Below are positions 46,493 through 56,103 of a DNA stretch of 64,000 nucleotides, piece after piece. The translations under genes were made by a program, and so were the position numbers. Numbering within the stretch: position 1 is the stretch's first letter; each line of letters begins with the position of its first letter. Where the stretch lies: the sequence record NC_101837.1. One strand, written 5' to 3'. The notes beneath the pieces are model-generated. The model was given only the letters and a program-made list of their open reading frames with translations, made no database searches and was not told where the DNA came from. The DNA is from a phage.

Positions 46493-47475
46493 TGCTAAAA
46501 CTGTGCACTGCAAAGATTATTGCTGACAGCATTTCCGAGAAAGGTAAGCGTATAACCACTTTTGAGCTAGAGTATCCTAGAATCATTCACTCTGAACTCA
46601 TGACACACCGAGTTTTCAGCAGAAACGCCATGTCCTCTCGTGCAGTACCTGTTAACAAAATGCTGCAGCAGGTTGTGGAAAATCCTGCAATGCCAGTTCG
46701 TTTTGGTGTAAACCAGCGAGGTATGGAGGATGGTGGCGATCACGATCAGAAGATCCGTGTAGAGTATACTGATCTTGAGTTCTCTCCTGAAGAGTTCTGG
46801 AAAGAAGCTGCCAAAAATGCAGCCTGGCATGCAGAGAAGTTCGCACTTGCTGGTTACCATAAGCAAGTATGTAACCGCTTAGTGGAGCCTTTTCAGCGCA
46901 TGAAAACAGTTGTAACAAGCACCGAGTGGAATAATTTTTTCCACCTCCGTTGCTGGCACGATGCGGATCCTACGATTCAGATGTTGGCTAATTGTATGTG
47001 GGAGGCTCTTGGGAATAGCACTCCTGAAATCCTTAAACCGGGTCAATGGCACACCCCATATGTAGAGCACGTTTATTTGGACGGAGAGTTTAACTACGCT
47101 GTGCGTGACACAGAAGGAAAGCTCTGCATTCTCGATACTAAAGAAGCTCTGTCTATCAGTGCTAGTTGCTGTGCACAAGTATCTTATCGAAATATTGACA
47201 GCACGTTTGAAAAGGCAGACAGCGTGGCTAAAAAATTGATTGGTGGGGATCGTATTCATGCAAGCCCTTACGAGCACCAGGCAACACCCATGGATCACGA
47301 TAACGCAATGGAACGTTTAAACTACTACCTGTCTTCATGTGAAATCACACAAGACATCAGTACTTGGCAGGAAGGTGTAACCCATCAAGACCGTGATGGT
47401 AAATTCTGGTCTGCCAACTTTTGTGGGTGGGTTCAGCACAGACAACTGCTTAATAACCACTTCGTGAAAGGTTAA
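46492..47475 (+). CDS. thyX: putative flavin-dependent thymidylate synthase (ThyX-like)
   Basis: ThyX-like motif THRVFSRNAMSSRA (RHR-x7-S pattern with T for first R); 327 aa is longer than typical ThyX. Confidence 0.5.
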   Translation: MLKLCTAKIIADSISEKGKRITTFELEYPRIIHSELMTHRVFSRNAMSSRAVPVNKMLQQVVENPAMPVRFGVNQRGMEDGGDHDQKIRVEYTDLEFSPEEFWKEAAKNAAWHAEKFALAGYHKQVCNRLVEPFQRMKTVVTSTEWNNFFHLRCWHDADPTIQMLANCMWEALGNSTPEILKPGQWHTPYVEHVYLDGEFNYAVRDTEGKLCILDTKEALSISASCCAQVSYRNIDSTFEKADSVAKKLIGGDRIHASPYEHQATPMDHDNAMERLNYYLSSCEITQDISTWQEGVTHQDRDGKFWSANFCGWVQHRQLLNNHFVKG

Positions 47476-47504
47476 TCCTATCACAGCGATAGGTAACTTT
47501 TGTG

Positions 47505-47533
47505 TTGACTAATAGTATTAGATAATCTATAAT
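47505..47533 (+). promoter_or_regulatory. sigma70-type promoter
   Basis: TTGACT (47505-47510), 17-bp spacer, TATAAT (47528-47533); followed by 7-bp stem-loop GGCUCAC/GUGAGCC at transcript 5' end. Confidence 0.55.
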
Positions 47534-47573
47534 AATGGCTCACTTTGTTAGTGAGCCAGAAATGGAGACAGAT

Positions 47574-48035
47574 ATGAGTAATGTTATGATTCCTAAAAAG
47601 ACATTTATTTCAGTTACTTTGGATTTCCTATCTACCGTTCCCGGGTTTAACGTTCGCACACGAAACGGTCTCCGAGCTGCACTCTTTGCCGTAGGGTTTG
47701 ATTTAAAAAGTATTGATGTTCTTCGTGGAAAAAACGTTCGATGCAAAAATAAGCCAACACATTATCGAAAGGCAGATGTATTTGCTGGTGTCATGCGTGC
47801 AGACTTTAGATACCCGCAAATGTATAACGGTGTAGATATTTTAGACGTAGATAAAGCACCCGGTGAGGCAATGCTTGTGCAAGATCTTCCGTATGATATC
47901 CCTGTAGAGGATCGTGTTAATGTAAGAAAGTATACAAAACAATCTGAAAAGGCTGAAGATATTCATATTGTTGATGAACCTTTCAATTTTGAAGATCTGC
48001 ATCGCCTGGAAAAATTATTCGGTATTGAAAGCTAA
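47574..48035 (+). CDS. hypothetical protein
   Basis: Start moved to ATG 47574 (GGAG RBS) because track start 47535 sits immediately after the -10 box. Confidence 0.4.
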   Translation: MSNVMIPKKTFISVTLDFLSTVPGFNVRTRNGLRAALFAVGFDLKSIDVLRGKNVRCKNKPTHYRKADVFAGVMRADFRYPQMYNGVDILDVDKAPGEAMLVQDLPYDIPVEDRVNVRKYTKQSEKAEDIHIVDEPFNFEDLHRLEKLFGIES

Positions 48036-48045
48036 GGTGGTGAAG

Positions 48046-48276
48046 ATGAGTCATAACTCCAAGTGGAAGGATCTTGGTTTTGCAAGTCGGGCAGAGTATG
48101 TTGGTTGGCTTTGGTTCAATGGCCTGACAAACGATATTAAAATGTATGATGATGTCTATTATGACGAGTATACAGGTAAAATTATAAATATCTCTGTAGA
48201 AGAGGATACTTTTATCCAGCAAGATACTGATACCTGCCTTGATAAATACGTTAGTGAAGTGGAGGAAGCAAATTGA
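48046..48276 (+). CDS. hypothetical protein
   Basis: ATG 48046 preceded by AAGGTGG; stop overlaps nrdA start. Confidence 0.4.
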   Translation: MSHNSKWKDLGFASRAEYVGWLWFNGLTNDIKMYDDVYYDEYTGKIINISVEEDTFIQQDTDTCLDKYVSEVEEAN

Positions 48277-50588
48277 TCACCAAGGTAATTAAAAGCAACG
48301 GATGTGAAGTGGCATTCGATCCAGAACGTTTAAATAAGGCAGCTATTTTCGGTGACGACGGTAACGGCAATTGGTCACATATTGCACTGGATGCCTACAA
48401 GCGGTTGTATGATGGATGTACAACCAAAGAAGTTAACCAAGCTATTATAGACTCTTGTGTTAGCCGTAAAGACGAAGCACATTCCCGTATGGCTGGTCGT
48501 GTTCTTATTGGTCAGATTTATAAAGAGGCTTTTGGAGGGTTTACAAAGATCCCTTCCTTACCATCATTTTACAATACCATGGTTGAGAAAGGGTATTGGG
48601 AGGATATGGGCTATAGCTTTACCGAGCTAAACACTTTAGACGCTGTTATTGACCACAGTAAAGATCTCGGTTATGGCTATGCAGTCCTTAAACAGTTTCG
48701 CGACAAATACGGGATCAAGGATACTCTTAAAGACACCCTGTTTGAATCTCCCCAGATGATGTTTATGGGGATAGCAATGGCTGTCATGAAGAATATGCCG
48801 AAAGAACGTCGTATCAACGATGTTGTAAAATTATACACTTATCTGTCCGACTTAAAGATCAATGCCCCGACACCGTACTTAAACGGGCTGCGCACAGGTA
48901 AGACAGGGTATGCATCTTGTTGTGTAATAAAAGCTGACGATACAGCAAAATCTATTGGTGTGGCACGTGAAGTTGCGTACACAATGACGGTTAACCAAGC
49001 AGGTATCGGCTACTACTTATCCTCAAGATCTGCAGGCGATGGTGTTCGTGGTAACACTATTAAACATATGGGTAAGATTCCATATTATCGAGGTATTGAT
49101 GCTGGTGTTAAGGAGAACAGACAACAATCACGTGGCGGTTCTGCAACAGTATCATTCCTTGCACTGGACCCGCAGATTGATGAGCTAATCCGTTTGAGAA
49201 ACCCTATGACTGTTGCTTCAAAAAGAATCAACACCATGGACTACTCCATCGGTATTAATAGGTCGTTTATCAACCGTGTGGCTAAGAATTTAGATTGGAT
49301 GCTTGTTTCTTATAAGCACGCTCCTCAACTGCATGAGGGTATCTTCACCATGTCTATGGAGGAGTTCGATGCAGAGGTTGAGCGTATTGCTAAAGATGAC
49401 AGTATTCCTAAAACATGGATCCGAGCCAGAGATCTTGCTGTTGAACTGATCACGCAGCGTACTGAGGTGGGAAGGCTGTATGTATACTGGACAGATGAGA
49501 TGAATAGACATACACCTTTTAAAGATGTGATCTATTCAAGTAACCTGTGTGCAGAAATAGCCCTCCCGACAAAAGGCTATTCAGATATGCGTAATATCTT
49601 CAAGTACGATGCTGATGATGGAGAGGTTGCATTGTGCTTCCTGTCATCTCTTGTAGCTGGAAGGGTTACTCCAGAGGAGTATGAGGATGTTGCATACTAC
49701 ACGGTGCTTATGATTGACAATGTTATGGAAATCATGACATATCCGTATGAAAATATGGAAAGCACAGTTAAAAAACGCAGATCCATCGGGGTTGGCCTTA
49801 CCAATGTTGCACATTTTATTGCCAGCCACAAGGTTACTTACGGGTCTCCTGAAAGTAAACAGCTCGTTCACGATCTTGCAGAACTTCACAGCTACAGCTT
49901 GCATAAGGCAAGTTTACGGTTGGCAAAAGAGCGTGGTGTCTGCGAGTGGATGCATAAAACAAAATATCCAGAAGGTTGGTTACCAATCGACACCTATAAC
50001 AAAGAGGTCGATAGCGTGGTGAAAGATCCTTCTCTTAAACAGGATTGGGAAGGGTTACGTAAAGAAATCATTGAGAATGGTGGGCTACGTAATAGCGTTC
50101 TTGAAGCATATATGCCTAATGAAAGCTCTTCGCTGGCAACAAACACCACTAACGGGGTTTATCCTGTCCGTGAGCACATTATCTTTAAAAAGTCGCCACA
50201 AGGGCAGGTGCTGTTTATCGTTCCTGACTATGATGAGTTGAAAGAGTATTACACCTCGGCTTGGGACGTTGATACTAACGACATGATCGATATGTATGCC
50301 GTGATTCAAAAATTCACAGGTCAGGCAATCAGCGCGGATTTATACATAGACTACACCAAGTTGAAAGATGGTAAAATTTCAATGAAGGAGCAGTTAGGGT
50401 ACCTTATCCGTGCCACTAAATTCGGGATGAAGACATGGTATTATTTAAACTCTAGGGTTGGTGCTGGTGACTCCTTGGCAGAGGAACTTCATGCCAAGAA
50501 ACAGGCTGAAGATGAAACCAGAAAGAACTATCCTTTGATTGCAGATAGTTCAGTTGAAGATCCGTATTGCGAAAGCTGTGCACTATAA
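48273..50588 (+). CDS. nrdA: ribonucleoside-diphosphate reductase large subunit (class Ia)
   Basis: N-terminal ATP-cone (VIKSNGCEVAFDPERL), active-site NLCAEIALPT, C-terminal redox Cys pair (YCESCAL); TTG start with GGAGGAAG RBS. Confidence 0.9.
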   Translation: MITKVIKSNGCEVAFDPERLNKAAIFGDDGNGNWSHIALDAYKRLYDGCTTKEVNQAIIDSCVSRKDEAHSRMAGRVLIGQIYKEAFGGFTKIPSLPSFYNTMVEKGYWEDMGYSFTELNTLDAVIDHSKDLGYGYAVLKQFRDKYGIKDTLKDTLFESPQMMFMGIAMAVMKNMPKERRINDVVKLYTYLSDLKINAPTPYLNGLRTGKTGYASCCVIKADDTAKSIGVAREVAYTMTVNQAGIGYYLSSRSAGDGVRGNTIKHMGKIPYYRGIDAGVKENRQQSRGGSATVSFLALDPQIDELIRLRNPMTVASKRINTMDYSIGINRSFINRVAKNLDWMLVSYKHAPQLHEGIFTMSMEEFDAEVERIAKDDSIPKTWIRARDLAVELITQRTEVGRLYVYWTDEMNRHTPFKDVIYSSNLCAEIALPTKGYSDMRNIFKYDADDGEVALCFLSSLVAGRVTPEEYEDVAYYTVLMIDNVMEIMTYPYENMESTVKKRRSIGVGLTNVAHFIASHKVTYGSPESKQLVHDLAELHSYSLHKASLRLAKERGVCEWMHKTKYPEGWLPIDTYNKEVDSVVKDPSLKQDWEGLRKEIIENGGLRNSVLEAYMPNESSSLATNTTNGVYPVREHIIFKKSPQGQVLFIVPDYDELKEYYTSAWDVDTNDMIDMYAVIQKFTGQAISADLYIDYTKLKDGKISMKEQLGYLIRATKFGMKTWYYLNSRVGAGDSLAEELHAKKQAEDETRKNYPLIADSSVEDPYCESCAL

Positions 50589-50595
50589 TTTTAAA

Positions 50596-50614
50596 GGGGC
50601 TTCGGCCCCATTTT
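50596..50614 (+). terminator. hairpin/attenuator-like terminator between nrdA and nrdB
   Basis: GGGGC-UUCG-GCCCC hairpin followed by AUUUU. Confidence 0.45.
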
Positions 50615-50626
50615 AGAGGTAGAATA

Positions 50627-51715
50627 ATGGCTGTATTTAATGCTGAGAACACCGCTCATAAAACTGGTGACTATCCGCTGTTTCTGGGACAGCAAATGGG
50701 TATGTACGACTCTATCAACAAAAAATATCCACAACTGTTTGAACTATACAAAAAACAAAAAGAGCAAGATTGGGCAGAGGATGAAGTGGATTTGTCGCAA
50801 TCTATTTCAGATTTTGTAACATGCTCAAAGTCAACTTATGACGTGATGGTGCAGACCTTGATGTGGCAATGGGAGGCTGATAGCGTTGCGGCAAGATCGA
50901 TCATCTGCCTCTTTTCACCATTCATCACTAATAGTGAGCTTTTCACTCTATTGATGAAACAGTCAGAGATTGAAGTTCTTCACGCACTAACTTACTCAGA
51001 GATTGTTAGACAATGCCTCCCTAATGCCCGTGAGATTATAGAAGAGATTCAGGAAAACCAAAACGTTCTGAGCAGATCCGGAGTTATTGTCAAATACATG
51101 CAAGAGCTTGAGGTTATTGGTGCAAAATACCGACTGGATCCTTCTAGTGTTGAAGAAGATGTTGTGCGGAAATGCATTCTTAGAGCGCTTTTTGCACTTT
51201 TAGCTCTGGAAAGTATTGAGTTTATTGCAAGTTTTGCATGCACTTTCGCAGTAGCTGAACAGGGTATCTTTGTTCAGGTGGCGCAGCTTGTTCAAAAAAT
51301 CATGCTTGACGAAATGCTACATTCGAAAGGTGATTTTGCCATCATTGATATCTTGCTTAATGATCCCGCATGGGAGAAAAGCTTCCTTGAGATAAAGGGG
51401 GAGTTAAAAGAGATTCTTGATGAAGTACGAACCAAAGAGTACGGTTGGAGTGACTATATTTTCAGCGAAGGAAGAGCGATTATAGGTCTTAACTCACCGT
51501 TGCTTAAAGAGTGGGTTGACTATAACTGCTCACCGATTTATGATTACTACGACATCGACAAAGACTTTGTGCCGCCAACAAAGGACCCGCTACCGTTTAT
51601 GCAGGTGTGGATGAAACCTTCATTGCAACAGACGGCGAACCAAGAAATGTCGAACACTGACTACCGCGTCAACACAACTGTTAACGACGCTGAAGAAGAA
51701 ATTTGGGAGTTTTAA
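50627..51715 (+). CDS. nrdB: ribonucleoside-diphosphate reductase small subunit
   Basis: Start at ATG 50627 (MAVFNAEN...) with GAGG RBS; ferritin-like diiron protein size; adjacent to nrdA. Confidence 0.8.
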   Translation: MAVFNAENTAHKTGDYPLFLGQQMGMYDSINKKYPQLFELYKKQKEQDWAEDEVDLSQSISDFVTCSKSTYDVMVQTLMWQWEADSVAARSIICLFSPFITNSELFTLLMKQSEIEVLHALTYSEIVRQCLPNAREIIEEIQENQNVLSRSGVIVKYMQELEVIGAKYRLDPSSVEEDVVRKCILRALFALLALESIEFIASFACTFAVAEQGIFVQVAQLVQKIMLDEMLHSKGDFAIIDILLNDPAWEKSFLEIKGELKEILDEVRTKEYGWSDYIFSEGRAIIGLNSPLLKEWVDYNCSPIYDYYDIDKDFVPPTKDPLPFMQVWMKPSLQQTANQEMSNTDYRVNTTVNDAEEEIWEF

Positions 51716-51718
51716 TAT

Positions 51719-51997
51719 ATGAGCTGCGAAAAATCTTTTTTCATCATCATTTACGGTAAGGATAACTGCCCACATTGTGTCAGAGCAAAAGAATTTGCAA
51801 TCAGCAAAGGTCTGCCTTTTGTATATAAGACACTTGGCGAGGGCTACACAAAAGAAGAGCTTATTGAGAAGTGTAGTCCAATCGTCCCCAGAACGTTGCC
51901 GCAGATCTTCTTAGAAAGCGATCTTGACAGTGTCCATATAGGCGGTGCAGACGATTTCATCTCTTTTGTTAAGAATGGTTTTGGAGAGAAAAAGTGA
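51719..51997 (+). CDS. glutaredoxin/NrdH-like redoxin
   Basis: 92 aa; CPHC active-site motif (YGKDNCPHCVRAKEF). Confidence 0.7.
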   Translation: MSCEKSFFIIIYGKDNCPHCVRAKEFAISKGLPFVYKTLGEGYTKEELIEKCSPIVPRTLPQIFLESDLDSVHIGGADDFISFVKNGFGEKK

Positions 51998-52854
51998 AAG
52001 TTGTAAAACGGGACGGTAGAGAAGAGTTTTATAACGGAATTAAGGTGATCAAGGCGGCAGAGTCCGCCTTACTTGAGTCTGGACATACTGAAGAAGAAGC
52101 TTACCGGATAGCTTGTGCAGTTAATGAAGTTGTTGCTAACAATCTACCAACCGACCAGTGCACGATCTCTGTAAAAAATATCCATATCCTTGTTGAAGAT
52201 GCTCTTATGGATATGGGTTTAAAATGTGCAGCCAGAGAATACATCCAGTATAGACAGACAAGAGATAATAACAGAGAGGCAGGTGGAAAACTGCTTGCAG
52301 ATATTAGTGGCTTCTTGGATCGAACTTGTGATGAATTTACAAAAGAAAACGCAAATAAGCCTACTAATCATGTACACACTCATCGCGACCTGCTTGCAGG
52401 CATCCTTAGCAAACACCTTGCATCAACACAGATCCTGCCAGACCGTGTTTCAGAAGAGCACAATAAAGGCTTCATCCATGTGCATGATCTTGACTACTTG
52501 ATCAGTCCGTTAACAAACTGTTGTTTGGTAAATTATCCAGATATGTTGGAAAACGGATTCAACATTGGCAACGCCCATGTCAGTAAGCCGAAGTCAATAG
52601 GGGTTGCAACAACAATCCTTAGTCAAATCTCTAGCGCGGTAGCTAGTGCTCAATATGGTGGTCAGACTATGAGCCATATTGATCATTATCTGGCACAGTA
52701 TGCTGAAGCAACCTATGAGAAGAACCTTAAATTTTGCCAGGAACATTGGTTGCCGGATGCTGAAACTGTTGCAATGCAAATGACAGATAAAGACGTGTTT
52801 GACAGCATGCAGACGTTGCTTTATCAGATCAACACACTAACCTCGGTAAACGGT
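51994..52854 (+). CDS. nrdD: anaerobic ribonucleoside-triphosphate reductase NrdD, exon 1
   Basis: GTG start; ATP-cone (VVKRDGREEF), conserved class III RNR segments; frame hits stop only because intron begins at 52855. Confidence 0.8.
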
Positions 52855-53111
52855 TAACAAACTGGCCGTTTTAAAACTCTGCTAACCTCAGTATGAGGGG
52901 TCAGCTGATCGCTGGCTAACGGGGAACGCTAAGGCGAAAGCTATGCCAATCCCGTGACTAGCTTCACAAGGAGTGAGGCGGTTGTAACGACTAACCTTTT
53001 GGTGTAGGGATTATGGAAGATTCCGAAACGCAGGGGTCTGATTAAGAATCACACGGTGTGATTTCAGGCAAGAGATAGTCTGGCCTTGTGGAAACATAAG
53101 GGTGGGGACCG
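52855..53111 (+). other. group I self-splicing intron (ORF-less) interrupting nrdD
   Basis: 5' exon ends in U (52854); intron ends in G (53111); internal guide GCCGUU (52865-52870) pairs with exon AACGGU including U.G; P7-like GACUAG/CUAGUC-type elements; NrdD sequence ...NTLTSVNG|QTPFITLS... continuous after removal. Confidence 0.75.
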
Positions 53112-54374
53112 CAAACCCCTTTTATCACATTAAGTTTAGGTTTGGACACTTCGGTCTTTGGTAGAATGATTACCAAAAATTACTTGAAAGTCCACAAAAT
53201 GGGTCTTGGTGAAGAACGTATCACACCTGTGTTCCCTAAAGTGCTGTTCTTCCTGGAAGAGGGTGTCAACATGAACCCTGGGGATCCTAACTATGATTTG
53301 AAACGATTAGCTCTGGAATGCTGTGCAGAACGTATCTATCCTGACTTCGTATCTGTACCACTAAATAGAAAAGTGACAGGCTCGACAGATGGCAAAGTAA
53401 CTAGCATGGGTTGCAGGAGTTTTCTTAGCAAATACAATGACTTGGAAACAGGCGAGGAGAAATACCTTGGCAGATTTAACTTAGGCGTTGTTAGCCTTAA
53501 CCTGCCAATGATTGCGGCAAAAGCTAAGACGGAAGGTGTTGATTTCTTTGCAGTTCTTGACGAATACTTGGATCTTGCATATGAGGCTCACCTTGTAAGG
53601 GTTAACCGTCTAAAAGGAACAAAGGCAGGGCAGAACCCCATCATGTGGTGTGAAGGCGCTCTTGCTCGCCTGGATCCTGAAGAGAGTATTGATAAACTCT
53701 TCTATGACGGGTACGCTTCCATCAGTATTGGGTATATTGGTGTGTATGAAACCTGTCAGATTTTGGGCAGAGAGGGTGACAAGGCTTTAGCTCTTGGAAT
53801 CCTTCAGCACATGAGAGATGCTTGTGAGCGATACAAGAAGGAAAGTAGACTAGCATTTAGCTTGTACGGCACTCCTTCTGAGAGTCTATGCTATAAAGCT
53901 GCAACCTGTCTGGATCGTGAATATCCGGAAGTGTTGAAGCACGAGCATGAATATCTCACCAACAGTTTCCATCAGCCAGTGTGGATAAATAGCTCTCCTT
54001 TTGATAAGTGGGAGTATGAGGAAGGTTTTGCTATGATCTCCTCTGGTGGCAACATTGGATACGTAGAGACACCTAACCTGAAAAACAACCTGGATGCTTT
54101 AGAGGCTCTTGTTGACTTCGGGTATAAACATATTATGTATTTTGGTATTAACCAACCTGTGGATAAATGTCTCAAGTGTGGTTTCTCTGGTGAGTTCAGT
54201 GCAACAGCTAAAGGGTTCTGCTGCCCTGCGTGCGGATGCCACGATGAACAATATATCTCAGTGATCCGAAGAGTGTCTGGATATCTTTCCAGTCCTAACT
54301 CCCGTCCTTACAATAAAGGTAAGCAAGCGGAAGTTATCGAGCGAGTTAAGCACTACGGAAGTTGTGGTTGCTGA
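53112..54374 (+). CDS. nrdD: anaerobic ribonucleoside-triphosphate reductase NrdD, exon 2
   Basis: Frame open from 53100; ITPVFPK...EEGVN..., C-terminal zinc-ribbon CLKCG...CPACG and glycyl-radical region. Confidence 0.8.
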   Translation, partial: QTPFITLSLGLDTSVFGRMITKNYLKVHKMGLGEERITPVFPKVLFFLEEGVNMNPGDPNYDLKRLALECCAERIYPDFVSVPLNRKVTGSTDGKVTSMGCRSFLSKYNDLETGEEKYLGRFNLGVVSLNLPMIAAKAKTEGVDFFAVLDEYLDLAYEAHLVRVNRLKGTKAGQNPIMWCEGALARLDPEESIDKLFYDGYASISIGYIGVYETCQILGREGDKALALGILQHMRDACERYKKESRLAFSLYGTPSESLCYKAATCLDREYPEVLKHEHEYLTNSFHQPVWINSSPFDKWEYEEGFAMISSGGNIGYVETPNLKNNLDALEALVDFGYKHIMYFGINQPVDKCLKCGFSGEFSATAKGFCCPACGCHDEQYISVIRRVSGYLSSPNSRPYNKGKQAEVIERVKHYGSCGC

Positions 54375-54438
54375 TACTTGACAAAAGCCACAAGGATGTG
54401 GCACTATACAGATGTTTAGGGAAGTTAGGAAACAAGAA

Positions 54439-55404
54439 ATGGCTAAATTATCAACAGAAGAGTTTATAGAGAAGGCGAAAATCATTCACGGTTATAAATA
54501 CGATTACACGAAAACAGTGTACGTGGATTGCTATGCGAAGGTTTGCATTACCTGCCAAATCCATGGGGATTTTATGCAAGCACCTTGTAAACACTTGCAA
54601 GGTCGTGGTTGTCCTTTTTGTGCAAAACTTTCTCGTGCTGCAAAGTGTAATAAAGGTCTTAAATTTGTAGAAAGGGCCAAAGAAATCCATGGAGATAAAT
54701 ATGACTACTCTCTCGTATACTACAAGACTTGCAAAGACAGGGTAGAAATAATCTGCAACACTTGTGGAAATCACTTTACACAGACACCTGATAACCATAT
54801 AAATTTGAAAAGAGGTTGTCCAGTTTGCAAGGGGTCAAGAATCTCACAAAGTAAAACATCACCACACGAAAAGTGGGTTGAGTCCATAAGAAGTAGAAAT
54901 CCTTATGTTGAGATATTGGAAGAAATTATTGGGTGGGATAAGAAAGTCCTGTGCTGCTGTAAAGGTTGTAGCCACACATGGTTAACCGTACCAAGCAGTC
55001 TTAAGCAGGGACATGCTTGCCCTAGATGCGCTAAAACAGGATTTTTATCACACGATAACGGAAAACTCTACATTATGGTTGATGATCCAGAAGTACCTAC
55101 ATTTATGAAAATAGGGGTCAGTCATAATGAAAGTAAGCGAAGAGACCAGATACTTAAAAGTGCACAAAGATCTAGAGCTGGTATCCGCGATCTTCACATA
55201 GTGAAAACGTTGGAAGGATCAACTGAAAACATGCTGGCTGTAGAAAAATCTATGCACAAAGCCTTCAGTAAATATAAAATAAACTTCCCTGTAAAATTTG
55301 ATGGTAGTACCGAATTCTTTAACTACAGACCTGAAGTGTTCAGTATGGTAGAATCAGCGCACAGAGAGATTTGTTGTAAACATAGGACAGGTAATAACCT
55401 GTAG
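54439..55404 (+). CDS. GIY-YIG-superfamily (T5orf172-like) nuclease with N-terminal zinc-finger repeats; putative free-standing homing endonuclease
   Basis: C-terminal GKLYIMVDDPEVPTFMKIGVSHNESKRRDQIL resembles T5orf172/MUG113 motif; N-terminal repeated IHGxKYDY...CxxC...GCPxC units; start at ATG 54439 (AGGA RBS). Confidence 0.55.
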   Translation: MAKLSTEEFIEKAKIIHGYKYDYTKTVYVDCYAKVCITCQIHGDFMQAPCKHLQGRGCPFCAKLSRAAKCNKGLKFVERAKEIHGDKYDYSLVYYKTCKDRVEIICNTCGNHFTQTPDNHINLKRGCPVCKGSRISQSKTSPHEKWVESIRSRNPYVEILEEIIGWDKKVLCCCKGCSHTWLTVPSSLKQGHACPRCAKTGFLSHDNGKLYIMVDDPEVPTFMKIGVSHNESKRRDQILKSAQRSRAGIRDLHIVKTLEGSTENMLAVEKSMHKAFSKYKINFPVKFDGSTEFFNYRPEVFSMVESAHREICCKHRTGNNL

Positions 55405-55452
55405 AGCCATATATCAACCTTTAAACATGTTATAAACTAAAGGAGGTGCAGC

Positions 55453-55569
55453 ATGTCATCAGGCATTTATAAAATTTGCAAGTGTGGTTGTCGTTGCAAT
55501 CTTCGTTGGTGCAAGGCACTGGACGATTTTATTTGGCATTGCCCTGAATGTGATACGGAGTATCTATGA
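55453..55569 (+). CDS. small cysteine-rich (zinc-ribbon-like) peptide
   Basis: 38 codons, strong AAAGGAGGTG RBS, 8 Cys (CKCGCRC...WHCPEC), stop overlaps nrdG start (ATGA); below ORF-track size cutoff. Confidence 0.4.
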   Translation: MSSGIYKICKCGCRCNLRWCKALDDFIWHCPECDTEYL

Positions 55570-56039
55570 ACATTGTCGGATACACAGAAGTATCTTACAC
55601 AGAAGGGCCAGGTATTAGAACTGCCTTGTGGGTATCTGGGTGCCCACACGCTTGCCCTGGTTGCTTTAATCAGGCATTTTGGTCAAAAGATAAGGGGAGG
55701 GAGTTCACTGAAGAAGATTTGCAAAAAATCTTGTCAGATCTGGATAACCCGTCTGTGTGCGGTATCTCTCTGCTGGGTGGAGAACCCTTAGCATACTATA
55801 ATGAGCCAGGTATTATTAGCCTGATGGAGAAAATTAAGGAAAAATTTGGTGACAAGAAAACTATTCTTGTATATACTGGGTTCACATTTGACCATATCTC
55901 TAGTGATGTTCTTAAACTGGCTGATATCATCATTGACGGTAAGTATGTAAAAGATTTACCAACCAAGAAACCGTTCCGAGGCAGTGATAACCAAAGAATG
56001 TTTAAAAAAGTATCAGGCGGTTGGGTTCAGGTAGACTAG
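55566..56039 (+). CDS. nrdG: anaerobic ribonucleotide reductase activating protein
   Basis: Radical-SAM cluster motif CPHACPGC (CxxxCxxC) near N-terminus; 157 aa; adjacent to nrdD. Confidence 0.85.
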   Translation: MNIVGYTEVSYTEGPGIRTALWVSGCPHACPGCFNQAFWSKDKGREFTEEDLQKILSDLDNPSVCGISLLGGEPLAYYNEPGIISLMEKIKEKFGDKKTILVYTGFTFDHISSDVLKLADIIIDGKYVKDLPTKKPFRGSDNQRMFKKVSGGWVQVD

Positions 56040-56042
56040 TTG

Positions 56043-56072
56043 TTGACAAAGCTTTGTTTAGATAGGTATAAT
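56043..56072 (+). promoter_or_regulatory. sigma70-type promoter (AGTTGTTGACA family)
   Basis: TTGACA (56043-56048), 18-bp spacer, TATAAT (56067-56072), then TATCG; drives small basic ORF and downstream genes. Confidence 0.5.
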
Positions 56073-56103
56073 TATCGTAAAATGAAAGCAGAGGAGGTGC
56101 CAA

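Noticed and set aside
46567-47298. Minus-strand ORFs of 88-139 aa inside the thyX-like gene
   Set aside because: Antisense to a plus-strand gene with recognisable motif in a uniformly plus-strand block
50567-50626. N-terminal 20-codon extension of nrdB given in the ORF track
   Set aside because: Extension overlaps the nrdA 3' end and a hairpin; conserved NrdB N-terminus starts at ATG 50627 with its own RBS
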